A program made the position numbers and the translations under genes. A DNA stretch of 63,526 nucleotides, filler included, from Octopus bimaculoides (Eukaryota): assembly GCF_001194135.2 (NCBI RefSeq). It is 5 parts of 5 records of this genome, joined end to end, with 100 filler letters (N's around TTAATTAATTAA, not from the genome) between each part and the next. Parts side by side here need not be neighbours in the genome. Positions count along the whole stretch, not along the records: positions 23,027 to 31,045 come from NC_069000.1; positions 31,146 to 59,935 come from NC_068983.1; 3 more parts are not named here. One strand, given 5' to 3'. Of this stretch, positions 25,851-39,500 are shown one piece after another (the first letter of the stretch is position 1; each line of letters starts with the position of its first letter). The notes below the pieces were generated by a model, which saw only the letters and a program-made list of their open reading frames with translations, was not told where the DNA came from and made no database searches.

Positions 25851-26639
25851 CTATATATATATTAGAAGACACCTACTTAAGGTGTCACGTAGTGGGACTG
25901 AACTCAAAACTACATAGTAGCAAAGCAAGCTTCTTAACAACATGCTCACATCCATACCTACATTTACCCAAATAACTATAATAAATTTGTTACTCCTCCA
26001 TATTTTCTTCTTTCTTTTTTTTCAGCACAAACCTAAGTTTGTTGTTTTAGCAGTAGTTATTAGGGTTTTTTTTTCCACCAGTAACATTCGTATATGTCAA
26101 CGGGTACACCCTAATTAACTGTCTCTGACCCCACTCCTCACTGTCTATATTGCGATGAGACTTTCGTTAACACATTTTTGGATACACTTTTCTTTCTTTT
26201 TTTCATTTTGTTAATCTTGTTTCCACGCAAATCCCTTACAACAACACACACTCGCATACATACACAAACACATTCTTTGCTTTGTCCTGTACTGTCCATA
26301 ATGTTTTTCTTAATGTAAACCCTTAGAGGTAAATTTTCAAAAAAATCATTATTATTTTGGTTTGGCTCATGTTCGGTCTTATTCCTTGTAGAATTTATGT
26401 GGGTAGTGGGTTACTACCTGTAACCACAGGTATCCACAAGTTCTTGCTTTAAGGAACAGTTCTTGCTTTAAGATGCCACATATTTTATATTTCAATTTCC
26501 AGGTCCTTTTACTTACTTAATTTGTCAAATTCCTTTACAGATTTAAGGTGGTGCTCCAACATGGCCGCAGTCGAATGGCTGAAACAAGTAAAAGAATAGA
26601 TATATTTTTATCAGTGGAAACACTTACATAGATTAGTCT

Positions 26640-27040
26640 ACAAGTATTTTCTTCCTTGTCTTCAATAATTATGTCTGGTCGATTAGCCTGGATCATTCTG
26701 TCAGTGTTGACTGGAAAATCTCAGAGGATAGTAACATTTTTACCTGCAACGACTGGCTCAAGAGGATGTTTGTATCAGTAAGCAGGAGTGCCGATTTAGT
26801 AGTGGTTACATATTTTCCGATGTAAATACTGCCCTACTCTATGGTCCCGACATTTGTGCTAATTTGATGTTAGCACAGAACACCCGAAAACGAAATGATG
26901 TATTGTTTTGTCAAATGTGTCGCAGAATCAGTATTTAGCATCAGAACCGTTTTGAAGAACGTTAGTTTGGTAGCTTTTGGTAAGCAAGCTTTGATCGTGT
27001 GCCGCCAATATGAAACCTTAAGTATCTGCTTTCAGCCCTG
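26640..27040 (-). mobile_element. R4/Dong LINE fragment (Zn knuckle to REL) abutting (TAA)n
   Basis: GLKADT*GFILAAHDQSLLTKSYQ...FCDTFDKTIHHFVFGC...DFPVNTDRMIQANRPDIII; (aat)n directly 5' on the element strand. Confidence 0.8.
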
Positions 27041-27090
27041 ATTATTATTATTATTATTATTATTATTGTTGTTGTTGTTGTTGTTGTTAT

Positions 27091-27560
27091 TAGGTTGGCG
27101 ATCTGGTAGAATAGTTAGGACGCCGAGCAAAATGCTTTTCTGTATTTCGTCCCGTTTTCACGTTCTGAGTTCAAATTCCACCGAGGCCGACTTTGCCTTT
27201 CATCCTTTCAGGGTCGATGAAAAATAAGTACCAGTCAAGCACTGGGGTCAGTGTAATTGACTACACTCCTCCCCACCAATTTTCAAGCTTTGTGCCTATA
27301 ACAGAACGAATGATTATAATTATTATTAGTAGTAGTAGTAGAATTAGTATCTGTAAGGCGGCGAGCTGGAAGAATCGTTAGCACACTGGACAAATTATGT
27401 AGCGGCATTTCGTCTGTCTTCCCGTCCAGAGTTCAAATTCCGCCGAGGTCGACTCCGCCTTTCATCCTTTCGGGGTCGTTAAATTAAGTACCAGTTGCAT
27501 ACTGGGGTCGATGTAATCGACTTACACCCTCCCTCAAAATTACTGACCTTGTGCCAAAAC
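27091..27560 (+). mobile_element. Two tandem SINEs of another tRNA-derived family
   Basis: Repeated gagttcaaattcc(a/g)ccgagg(c/t)cgact...tttcatcctttc(a/g)gggtcg; further copies at ~20250-20460(-) and ~62630-62970(+). Confidence 0.75.
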
Positions 27561-28724
27561 TTGAGACCAATATATTTCGCTTTGAATATCCGCCTACAGA
27601 TTGTATTTGTGCTTTGTTTTATAATTCAGGGCGAATGTTTATTTGCGTTGTAATTTTTAGACAGGACACTTCAAAATCAATCTAAATAAATATATACATA
27701 CATACATACGTGCATACATACATACATACATACATACATACATGCATGTGTATATATAGGAGCGGTTGTGTGGCAAGAAGCTTACTTACCAACCACATGG
27801 TTCCGGGTTCAGTCCCACTGCGTGGCACCTTGGGCAAGTGTCTTCTACTATAGCCTCAGGCCGACCAAAGCCTTGTGAGTGGATTTGGTAGACGGAAACT
27901 GAAAGAAGCCCGTTGTATATTTATATGTATATAGGGTCGATGTAATCGACTTGCCCCTTATCCCGAACTTGCCGGCCTTGTGCCTATATGTATGTATGTG
28001 TGTGTATATATATATATATATATACATACATATATATATAGATACATACACACATTTATNNNNNNNNNNNNNNNNNNNNNNNNNNNNNNNNNNNNNNNNN
28101 NNNNNNNNNNNNNNNNNNNNNNNNNNNNNNNNNNNNNNNNNNNNNNNNNNNNNNNNNNNNNNNNNNNNNNNNNNNNNNNNNNNNNNNNNNNNNNNNNNNN
28201 NNNNNNNNNNNNNNNNNNNNNNNNNNNNNNNNNNNNNNNNNNNNNNNNNNNNNNNNNNNNNNNNNNNNNNNNNNNNNNNNNNNNNNNNNNNNNNNNNNNN
28301 NNNNNNNNNNNNNNNNNNNNNNNNNNNNNNNNNNNNNNNNNNNNNNNNNNNNNNNNNNNNNNNNNNNNNNNNNNNNNNNNNNNNNNNNNNNNNNNNNNNN
28401 NNNNNNNNNNNNNNNNNNNNATATCCAAAGTTAATGCAGTACGATCGTTTCATGCGACTCCATTTATTTAAGCAATGTGAACATTACATCAAATGTAAAA
28501 TGCAGAGCAATTCTCAGCTGCACAAAGATATAGAAATTTACTGAAATTTCATTTCAACAGAAGGACATATATATATATATATATACATACATATATATAT
28601 AGATACATACACACATTTATGTACATGTATACTTACACATAAATGCAAACATACATTCATACATACACACATACATACATACTAACATACATGCATAAGC
28701 GCACACACACACACACGCACACAA

Positions 28725-28757
<33 letters not shown>

Positions 28758-29027
28758 AGTGGGGAACATACATGCACGTGCGTTTTGCTGTCTTATGTTT
28801 TTTTTGTTTTTTTTTGTTTTAAAATTAGTTTTTCGGCGGGAATTGTTATTCGCAATGTTTATTGTATGTATTTATATAAACACCGGAAGATCATGTGAAG
28901 ATTGCACCTGTTCATATATACACAGCTACTTACCTATATATACCCATACCTCTCTGTCAACCCACTACTATAACCTCTCTCCCCCTCTCTCTGCATATAT
29001 AAATGTGTGTGTGTATGTATATCTATG

Positions 29028-29122
<95 letters not shown>

Positions 29123-30667
29123 NNNNNNNNNNNNNNNNNNNNNNNNNNNNNNNNNNNNNNNNNNNNNNNNNNNNNNNNNNNNNNNNNNNNNNNNNNNNNN
29201 NNNNNNNNNNNNNNNNNNNNNNNNNNNNNNNNNNNNNNNNNNNNNNNNNNNNNNNNNNNNNNNNNNNNNNNNNNNNNNNNNNNNNNNNNNNNNNNNNNNN
29301 NNNNNNNNNNNNNNNNNNNNNNNNNNNNNNNNNNNNNNNNNNNNNNNNNNNNNNNNNNNNNNNNNNNNNNNNNNNNNNNNNNNNNNNNNNNNNNNNNNNN
29401 NNNNNNNNNNNNNNNNNNNNNNNNNNNNNNNNNNNNNNNNNNNNNNNNNNNNNNNNNNNNNNNNNNNNNNNNNNNNNNNNNNNNNNNNNNNNNNNNNNNN
29501 NNNNNNNNNNNNNNNNNNNNNNNNNNNNNNNNNNNNNNNNNNNNNNNNNNNNNNNNNNNNNNNNNNNNNNNNNNNNNNNNNNNNNNNNNNNNNNNNNNNN
29601 NNNNNNNNNNNNNNNNNNNNNNNNNNNNNNNNNNNNNNNNNNNNNNNNNNNNNNNNNNNNNNNNNNNNNNNNNNNNNNNNNNNNNNNNNNNNNNNNNNNN
29701 NNNNNNNNNNNNNNNNNNNNNNNNNNNNNNNNNNNNNNNNNNNNNNNNNNNNNNNNNNNNNNNNNNNNNNNNNNNNNNNNNNNNNNNNNNNNNNNNNNNN
29801 NNNNNNNNNNNNNNNNNNNNNNNNNNNNNNNNNNNNNNNNNNNNNNNNNNNNNNNNNNNNNNNNNNNNNNNNNNNNNNNNNNNNNNNNNNNNNNNNNNNN
29901 NNNNNNNNNNNNNNNNNNNNNNNNNNNNNNNNNNNNNNNNNNNNNNNNNNNNNNNNNNNNNNNNNNNNNNNNNNNNNNNNNNNNNNNNNNNNNNNNNNNN
30001 NNNNNNNNNNCCCCAAACATCCCTTGACAACCTGTATTGGTGTGTTTACGTCCCCGTAACATAGCGGTTCGGCAAAAAAAAAGACCGATAGAATAACAAC
30101 TTACAATAACGCTTACAAAAAATAAGTCCTGGGATCGATTTTCTCGACGAAAAGCGGTGCTCCAGCATGACCTCAACCAAATGACTGAAACAAGTAAAAG
30201 AATAAAAGAATCATCGCCATCATTATCATCATCATCATCATTATTATACTATCACCCTCGTCTTCACTACAACGATCTCTACTCTTACTACTACTCCCGA
30301 TATACATCCCAATTCCAGCACACCTACACACCCACCAAATCACAACTTCCATACATCCTTCACCTTCCCAGACCCAACACATCTATCACAGTCTGGTGTT
30401 ACTTGATTGAGGTCAACAGCTGTCAGCACGAAATATTACAAATGGACGAACACTTTTGAAAGGAATGGAACCTTTTCGAGACCATCTGGTTGTTTTTCAC
30501 AAGATTCTTTGTTGCCTTCATTTGAATTCTCAGCATTTTTGCTATCATTGCTGCAAAATTACCAGCTGCATGTAGGAGATTAAATTATACTACATGTTGC
30601 TGTCTCTGTTATTGTTGTTTAGACCCAGCTAATCTGATTGGGCAGAATTATGACAGTTTATATGCTT

Positions 30668-31045
30668 AATATTGGGTCATCGCATAAATAATGCATATTT
30701 TTTATACTTTTATTTCTCAAAATTAAGATAAGCAAAATTCTTTTTAAATCTAAAACATACTCTCCTTCATTTTTTACAATGCTCTTCCATCTATCTGGTA
30801 GACTTGCAAAGCCCCACTTCGAAAATTCACTTGTCCATGACGAAAAATACTCCTCCAGCACTGTTCGGATCTCGTCTACAGAATTCATATTTTTTTGTCC
30901 AAAGGATTTTGAAGACTGCGGAATAAATGATAATCAAATGGAGCAATGGCCGGCGAATATGGTGCGTGGAGCATCGTTTCCCATTCAGCAAAATTCTTTT
31001 TAAATCTAAAACATACTCTCCTTCATTTTTTACAATGCTCTTCCA
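30668..31045 (-). mobile_element. mariner 3' fragment
   Basis: HAPYSPAIAPFDYHLFRSLQ...LPDRWKSIVKNEGEYVLD; TIR-like tattgggtcatcgcataaa. Confidence 0.8.
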
Positions 31046-31145
31046 NNNNNNNNNNNNNNNNNNNNNNNNNNNNNNNNNNNNNNNNNNNNTTAATTAATTA
31101 ANNNNNNNNNNNNNNNNNNNNNNNNNNNNNNNNNNNNNNNNNNNN

Positions 31146-31378
31146 TTTAGTGTCCAGTTAAGGATGTGGTAGCTGTAGCTTATAACTGGGACAGCTAAAG
31201 TGTTGATACCCATTATCTTGTTTTTAGCATTGAGCTCTGTTTTTAGCATTGATCTAACTCGTCTATAGTACTCTTTCTTTATTTTTTCTTTCATTTGTGT
31301 ATGTTGTATCCTACCAAGTTCATTGACTCCTAAATACTTGTATGGTTGGCTTTCGTCTAGTTCTCTTATTTCATTGGC

Positions 31379-31432
<54 letters not shown>

Positions 31433-32400
31433 ATTATTGTTATTATCATTTCTCTTTATCACATGTTTGCTTGGTATTACTGGAGTCTTGCATGCGTAGC
31501 GAGCTTACTCCCTGCAGCCTATTGTACCATGCTGTCCGTCCTTTTTAGCTATCTAATGCTTTCCTGATTATTCTGGCTGTGCCAGGGAGGCAAGGCTTTT
31601 GTAATAGTTCTACTGGAAATTCTATTCCAGTTTCTTTTATATTCCTCTTGATACCTTCTCATACTTTTCCAAGCACGCAACAATAATTACCACTATCTTC
31701 ACTCTCTTCATTTTCCTTAGCCGAGTCATTTAGTACTTAAGAGGGTTGTATTTCTCGACTATTCGTGGGTCAAAGGGGTATGTAACATCAACATACAGCA
31801 CATGTAGTGAACCTTGTCCACTACCATTAGATCTGATCTGTTATGCTCTAAGCACCTGATTTTTTTTTGGATTGGGAAATCCCACAGTATTGAGCCAGTC
31901 TCCGACTCTGTCACCCTCTGCAGTTTGTGCTCATGCCACGTCTTGCTTCTCTCTAGTACCCACTTTTCACACATTTTCCAATGTAGGACCTCCGTGATCT
32001 GATCGTGTCGCCACAACTTGCAATGGTTTTGAGGAAGTCTAGAGCATTCTTTCGTGATATGGCCAATGATTTCATTCACTGTATTGCAGATACGGCACAG
32101 TGGAGACACTTTCTCATTCCTAAGTTTGACTCTCCAGTTTGTGGCCAAAGCTTGGTCTTGTGATGCCAGTACAGTGCTCTCGGTCTCTTTTCTTAGTGTT
32201 CCTTTCATCACCCAATCCTTTTTTCCAGCAACTTCTGTTGTAGCTACATGGAATTGATTGTGTAGTCCCTTCTTGCGTAATTCTTTTTCACCTCCCTTTT
32301 TCTACTTCTTCCTTTGTCTTTCCTTTTACTCTGCTTTCAATACTCTCTCCTTCCTAACTGTCACTAACAAAGTTTCCTTACTTTAGACTCGGTATCTCAT
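31146..32400 (-). mobile_element. R4/Dong LINE fragments separated by (AAT)n
   Basis: PYKYLGVNE...INTLAVPVISYS; ETESTVLASQDQAL...CRICNTVNEIIGHITKEC...ILWDFPIQ...NRSDL. Confidence 0.8.
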
Positions 32401-32559
32401 TGACTCTCGAGTTCGATACGTACGCAGTCTTCCACCCTCATCGGTCCCCTTCTTCCTATTTGCTCTCTTCCTCTATTAGCGATCAGTGTCTGCACATGCA
32501 TCGTTAGAAGCTTTCTTGACTTCTTATCCATCTCCCTTATCTCCCCCTCTGTCCACTTC

Positions 32560-32755
32560 AGGATTTCAGCACCACAACAAACTACTGCGACTGCGTGCGA
32601 GTTTATTGCCTAAATTATGATTCTGGCATTCAGCCTTGAGGCCAATATTCTTCTCACTTGCCGCAGGAACTCTCTTTTTGTCCTTTCCTTTATATCGTGG
32701 TATTTTATTCCATATACCGCAAGTACTCTCTACCGCAGGAACTCTATTTTACCAC

Positions 32756-32787
<32 letters not shown>

Positions 32788-34530
32788 CTTCTTCTTCTTC
32801 TTCTTCTTCTTCTTCTTCTTCTTCTTCTTCTTCTTCTTCTTTCTCCTCCTCCTCCTCCTCCTCCTCTTCTTACTATTATTATTATTAAGAAAATATTGGA
32901 CATCATTAGAGTTAGCTATGTAGTTGTGTGGTGGATTTAGAGTAAGTGAAGAAATAAGAGAGGATTTTTTTGTGAAAAGACTTTGTTTCGTGTTACTATT
33001 TCCGGCTATGTTTTTCTGGTAAGGACTGCCTGTAACATTACAATTGTTTATCTTATTAGAAATATAGGTATTGGGAGAAATCTGGTTAGTAAAAGTCTTG
33101 TTATTTGGTCCATAATTGTTAAAAGTTTTGTTTCTTTTTTATGGTGGTGTTATCTTTACAAATATACTTCATACAGTTAAGTTTGTGTGCCAAGGCGTTC
33201 CAATTCATGACGGTGTTTAGAAATTGTGGTGTGCTTATTGAAATTCATATCCATATAGCTGTCATTATGATTGGAAAAATCATTGTTAAATTTGTTATAC
33301 TTAATTTGATATCTATAACCAGCATTTCTAAGGGCCAGACTGTAATAGCCTTTATGCTTATTAAAAATTTCTTCATTTGAATATAGTGAGTTAATTCTAT
33401 TTTCAATGTTATAAGGTATGTTATCAAGAATATTAGAAGGATAATTGCTCTGCGCATGTATATAAGTAATGTTGCTATTAGGTTTATGGTATGGTTGGTA
33501 AGCTGAAGTAGTGAGGTTAAAATTTGCATCTAAGAAGCTCACAGAAGTGTGATCCTGCTCGATGGTGATGGTAAGTCCATGGCTTTTCGAAAATGTGTGT
33601 AATCTCTTCTGATATATTTCGATTTTACGGTTGGGGGCATTTTGAACTACAAACAGAGCTTCATCCCTATAGAGAACACCTTCAAATTCTGGGAGATCTT
33701 AATGGAGTAGGTGTAGTAAAAAAATCTCGGCTAAGCGTGTGACTTCAACAATGTTGCGCGCCTATTGGTATGTCAAAGCAACCTGGTGTGTCCTTTCTAG
33801 TCNNNNNNNNNNGCGCGCCTATTGGTATGTCAAAGCAACCTGGTGTGTCCTTTCTAGTCCAAAATTTTCCTTGGTGATGAATTATGGTCTTCCTCGCCTC
33901 AAGTATAAATTTTATTTCCTTCATTGATAAGTTAGTCCTATTCTTTGCGAAAATAAGAGCATTATTAAGTAGAATAGCACTAATCGATGGCTAATAGCTA
34001 TCAATGTCAAATTGGATGAATTTTGATTTCTTCTTATTACTTAAGCATTGAAACCATTTTGTAGTTTCCAATTCTCTATGTTTTTTTTCTACTAGTCCAT
34101 CTGTTTCGTTATATTCTACTATACATACGTGGCCCTGTTTATTATACTTTGTCTCGACCTTCTACCATTTTTTAAAACACATCCGTTAGATTTTTATTCT
34201 TATTTTTTGTGTTATAGTTTACTGCACATATAGACAGGCATCCACATTGATATGTCTGTCATTTTTTGTCTTTCGTCTCTCTTACTATTATTACAGCTAT
34301 TTCCCCCCCTTTTACAACTTGTTTGTAAATACCCGAGTTTTCCCTGTTACAACATTTGTATTCTCCTTTATTGTATCTTATTTTAATTTACTTTATTTTA
34401 TTAAACAATTTTTGATGTCTTTACAAAAATTCCTGACACTGATGAAAATGACAACGCATAAATTTAATTACAATTACTATGGTTATAATTTTTTTCTTAC
34501 ATATTTGTAGTGTCCCTTGAAACGCGCGTA
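32560..34530 (-). mobile_element. Decayed Penelope-like element
   Basis: FDIPIGA and LYRDEAL RT motifs; FLDANFNLTTSAYQPYHKPNSNITYIHAQSNYP thumb region; interrupted by (TTC)n at ~32758-32840. Confidence 0.75.
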
Positions 34531-35195
34531 TGTATTGAATCCTATTTTGTATTAAATCTAATTTTGATTAAGCATCTTTTTCTCCTTCATTTTTCTATAA
34601 TTGTTTATGGTATATTTATACCAATAACGATATTTTTTAACTATATATATATATGTACAGACACACACACATTTCGCAGACTACGACTTCCCAAAAATAT
34701 TTTTAGCATAAAATACACACAATATAAATGTTAACATATCAATTCATATAGTTGCAAGTAGTAAATATCTATTTGATAATGAACCATGTAATCCACACTC
34801 TCGGAAACGCATTTCTTTAAAATGTTGGGGGTTGAGGTGGGGTAAAATTTCGAAGGGTTTCATCTCAAGCCCCGTTTTCCGAAACAATGTGTTGTGTAGC
34901 TTATTAGGAGGCCACCGTAATTCATTCAACGAAAAAAAGGATGGGGGGGGTTATATTTCTCACCCACCCCTTTTTTCAGAACAGAAATAAGGGGTTTGTG
35001 GCACATTAGGAAGTCAGGGTATTTGATCCCACGCAACAAATCCGAAATTAGCATTTTTCTTAGTGAAACGCGTGCGCGTGCACTTACCAAAATTTACCGA
35101 GAATTCAAGTCCCAAGGTGCAAGACTTTTCCACATAATACTCTTACTCTGATGATCAACTCTGACAGACCACAAGCTCCATTCATCGTAGAAAGG

Positions 35196-35426
35196 TACGC
35201 ATGCGCATCTCCCGCAAATCGTGGATAGACACATTCCGTAGAAAAATGAATTCTACTCTCTCTACGGGTACGTGGGCCGGTGAAAAGAAGACCAGTGACG
35301 TCACTCAGCTCGGTCCAATACGTTAGTCAGATATCAAACTGAAAGAGGTTGGGAAGAGACAGAAAGAAGGGAGAGAAGGAGGAATTTAATTTGAAAGCCA
35401 CAATAAAATTCACAATGAACCACGTG
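35196..35426 (+). promoter_or_regulatory. Candidate promoter of the decarboxylase gene
   Basis: NRF1-like TACGCATGCGCA 35196-35207; CRE palindrome AGTGACGTCACT 35294-35305; CCAAT 35315-35319; E-box CACGTG 35421-35426; locally CpG-richer, unique sequence. Confidence 0.55.
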
Positions 35427-35535
35427 ATACATCAGTTTCACGAATACAATCTGTACACAACGCCACGCTGAAAGCCCAGTTGAATAAAGATAGGAAAGAG
35501 ACGAGGATAATTATCGAGAAATACAAAACCGATCG
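35330..35535 (+). other. Probable non-coding first exon (start uncertain); intron 35536-36279
   Basis: Donor CG|GTAAGT at 35536; acceptor ...tctaattctgattCAG| at 36279, 43 nt upstream of the ATG; vertebrate DDC also has untranslated first exons. Confidence 0.55.
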
Positions 35536-36322
35536 GTAAGTGTTATTTAATAGACACATTTGAAATGCATGAATGATCGAGTTATACATATGAAAAACTG
35601 CTATTAACATTTGAGTGGAGCTAGAATAATGCTAGAATCGAAATGTTGATCACCGATATAATTAGTTTATATTTTAAATAACTGAGCTGCAAAAGTTGTG
35701 ACATCTCTGTCTGTTTGTCTGTCTGTCTGCCCCTCGTTAGTAAATTAACAAAGCAATATAATTTCCTAATCATTTTCACCAGATTTCGTAATGCTCCACT
35801 GTAACTTCGTTGCATGAGAACCTTACATGATCATCTCGTTCTGTTACTTACTATCTTGTGAATTAGTCAGGTAGAGTACTTCTTGTTTTCTATTCACTAT
35901 CTATATTGTGGACATTTACATTTTTAAAAAATTAACAAAGCGAATCAGGATATTTAAAAATTGAGCAATAAAGACTCAACAAATATATTATGCAAGTGAT
36001 TAAGGATATACTTAAAATATCTTCTTTAGGTTAATTAAATTTAGTTTAATTAAATGCATCGCACAAATAGTTTCTATATTCCATGTAGCAAACTATATAT
36101 TTGGTATTAATTAACTAGAAGTAAATAATCCATTTTACAAAACAAGAATAGTTAAATAAATAAATATATAAGGTATATTGGCTGTGTATTGAGTCGATTC
36201 ATCTTTGAGTATCTGTAACATATGCACAAAAATATTCATAGAGGCAATCACAGTATTTTCTGCTCTAATTCTGATTCAGAACGAACTATTTCATCTTTGA
36301 TCTGAAAGAAAATTTAAGACTC

Positions 36323-36526
36323 ATGGAAAAATCAGAAAATTTCGACGCTGCTACAAAGCAATTAACTAAATATATAATTGATTACTTCGGTAATATTGGA
36401 AGCAGAAATGCTTATCCTGCGGTTGAACCCGGATTCATGAAAACTTTAATACCAGCTGAAGCTCCTGAAACACCTGATAAATGGGAAAATGTGTTTAATG
36501 ATATCGAAAGAGTAATTATGCCAGGG
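36323..36526 (+). CDS. DDC-like: Decarboxylase coding exon 1 (MEKSENF...DIERVIMPG)
   Basis: YPAVEPGF motif; donor GTAAGT at 36527, phase 0. Confidence 0.95.
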
Positions 36527-39500
36527 GTAAGTTAATAATATTATATATACTTTGTCGTTAGGGAACAGGCGACTCTGATGCATGTAACGATATTTAATTT
36601 CTTCTCTCTTTATAAAATCCTGCTAACATAAAATCTATTGTCATTATTTTAAATCATTAAATATGTCCTCACGTATTTTTCCATGGCCATTTCCTTCTCA
36701 TAAAACTTTATTGTCTTTTATAAATATAATTCCTGTCTAAAAATATATTTCAAAATAGTTTGATAAGTGCCAACGCACATAATTATACACTGTTGCTTCT
36801 GCTATATATTAATAAAAAATAAACACATCCTCATAATTTGAATTTTATTTTACCTGCTGTCATAACCATACCTGCATATATTTGCTCATCGACTTGAAGC
36901 GTTACACTGCAAATTGGTATGACTCAAATATATTAAACCTTTCCTCATCTGGAGGCCCTGTTCTTTTCTCTTCTCTTCTGTTATTTTCCGTATTTTTCTT
37001 CACTCTGATGAAGCTCCATGTACCAGATCAAATATACTATAGAATATGACGAATATTATTCTCAGAATTTTCTTTGACAGTGCTGACGGGCATTGGAAGC
37101 AGAAACGGCTGTTAGAAACGATGAAGTTTTGCATTAAAAAATAATAATCGATGATAGTCAATTTGTTTGTTGTTCAAGAATTTTCTTCATTTTCTGCTTA
37201 AGTTAAATTTGATTCCTTCCTGATAAACTCTTGTTTATTTTGTTATTGCCTGTATACTATGAGCATAGTATGCATTGCATATGCATACCCAGGGTTTACA
37301 TACGTAATTTATACCGTTGTAAAAACGGATATTCTTATCCCTTAGGTGGTTATTCCAACCGCTAACTCTACTAACTTATATATATATATTTATATATAAG
37401 CAAAATAATTGAGATTCAGATGAATTAGGTACTTAAGTTGAAGCACCAAAAATGAATGCAGTATTATCCATACCACTTCAAAATAAGGTGGATAAAATCA
37501 AAATAAGCAACAGGATAACCAGTGGTGATGCACTACGACCGTTTCAAGCGGCTCCATTTAACTGAACAATGCAATCATTACATAAATTTAAATGTAGGGC
37601 TATCCTCAGCTGCATAAATGAATAAATAGAAATAGAATTGTTTTAATCAGTCGGACACATTTGTATAATTTTACTTAAATCCTCTCAATGTAAGAAAACA
37701 GATAAAATCCATGCCGTTGTGACTTCAGCTTAGAAGTTTCTAAGACATTTGGAAAAATTCTGTTTGGATTGTCACTGAATTTGGTTTATCAAATCTTTGT
37801 ATATCAGATCTAAGACTAGGGAATAGTGTCTGTTATGAAAGGGCATGGGGGAGTTGACAGAATCAGTGAGTCTAGTCATAAAACTTGTCAAGACTATTTT
37901 GAAGTAGTATAAAGTAATTGGCTATAATGAGGTTGGGTAGTGGAAGACTTCAAATCAAGTAGTAAATCCAAGCAGCATTTTGGCAATATTTTGAATGATG
38001 CTTTCATATTGAAGGAATGTATTAAGTGGTTAACTAGTATGTAAAATGTCCACGTGAGAATATAGAATAAGAAAGACAGACATCACGATAGACAGATATG
38101 GGATGTGAGGGAAGTGAATAGAAGAGACGAGAAAGCGGGGAAAGAAAGGAATGGGATAGGTGCGGGAAAAAATGAATGTGAGCTAAAGTATAATACAATA
38201 AAAAATCAAAATCAAAAATAAAAATTCAAAAAATAAAGATAAGGATAAGATGCCAGTATTATTCTTTTTTTGGTGTCGATTCGGGGTGAGAGGTCAGGCG
38301 TTAAGGTTTTGGTAGAGTGGAGGAGGAAGGCGTTTATGTCTATTAATTTAATTTAATTCTAGATTCGGTGGGGTCAGAGAGAATATTTAGTTCAGTGGTC
38401 GGTAGGGTCAGTTTCTGATCAGATCCGGTTCTGATAAGAAGTAAAATTTCATTGGTCTAGAGATAGGTTACGTCAACAACTGGTGTTTGTATGATGTTAT
38501 TGTATGATGATTTGGAGTTGCGGTTTCAAAACCCGAGAGGAAGAAGCCGATAAAGGGAATGTTGTAGTAATCATGGACTCAGAACAATACATGAACACTA
38601 CCCTAATCCTCCGTCATTTACTACGAAAATATCAATAGCTACAGTCAATCCAAAATAATGGCAAAACGTACTAATCTTATCCATCAGTTCCAACAAGATT
38701 TAACGGAAAAGGATAGAGATTAGCTAGATTTGACTGTAAAACCAACAACTTTTATAGACTTCCCAAAATCCACAAAAGTAAAGCCATAAGCGAAGCTTGC
38801 AGCAAATCAACTTCTTTAGTCATGACTATTCCACATCCCAGAGATCTCAAAATGAGACCAACTGTGGCCTGTCCGTGTTGGACACAAAACTCAGTCACTT
38901 TATTGACGTGCTTTTAAAACCTATTCTCCAACACATACCAATGTTTATAAGGAATGATCTGTACTTTTAAAATCGTTTCCCGAACAAAACCAGCAAGAAA
39001 TCCCTCCTAGTTTCATTCGATGTAATAAACCTCTACATTCCAATTCCTCACGAATACAGAATAGAAGCCATACAATTCTGGCTGCAAAATTCTCAAATGA
39101 CATTCCTGACCAAATTGGAAGAAGGGTCATCATTGAATGAATAAAATTCATCCTACAGAACAACTTCATCGAGAACACCTACAGACATTCATCAGGCACT
39201 GCGATGGGAACGAGGGTAACCCCTTCTTTTACTAACCTTGTCATGGCATAATTGGAATTCCAAATATACGAACACACAAGACTGAAATTTGGATACCACT
39301 TCCAAAAATACTTTTCCACCAACTGGAAACGCTACCTGGATGACTGTTTTATTCTGTGGTCGTATAATCTTGAGTAAGTCTTAGAATTTAAAAACTTAAT
39401 CAACAGTATTAACCATATTATCCAGTTAACGATGGAATGCAGCCACAAACAGCAACCCTTTCTGGACATCTTAATCACAAAAGAGATATTGAAATTGAAA

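Noticed and set aside
33765-33860. Direct repeats on both sides of short N gaps (also ~44405-44570 and 30731-30787 vs 30988-31045)
   Set aside because: Most simply explained as unmerged contig overlaps at gap edges.
37091-37104. 14-nt match attggaagcagaaa to coding exon 1
   Set aside because: No extension or splice context; compatible with chance.
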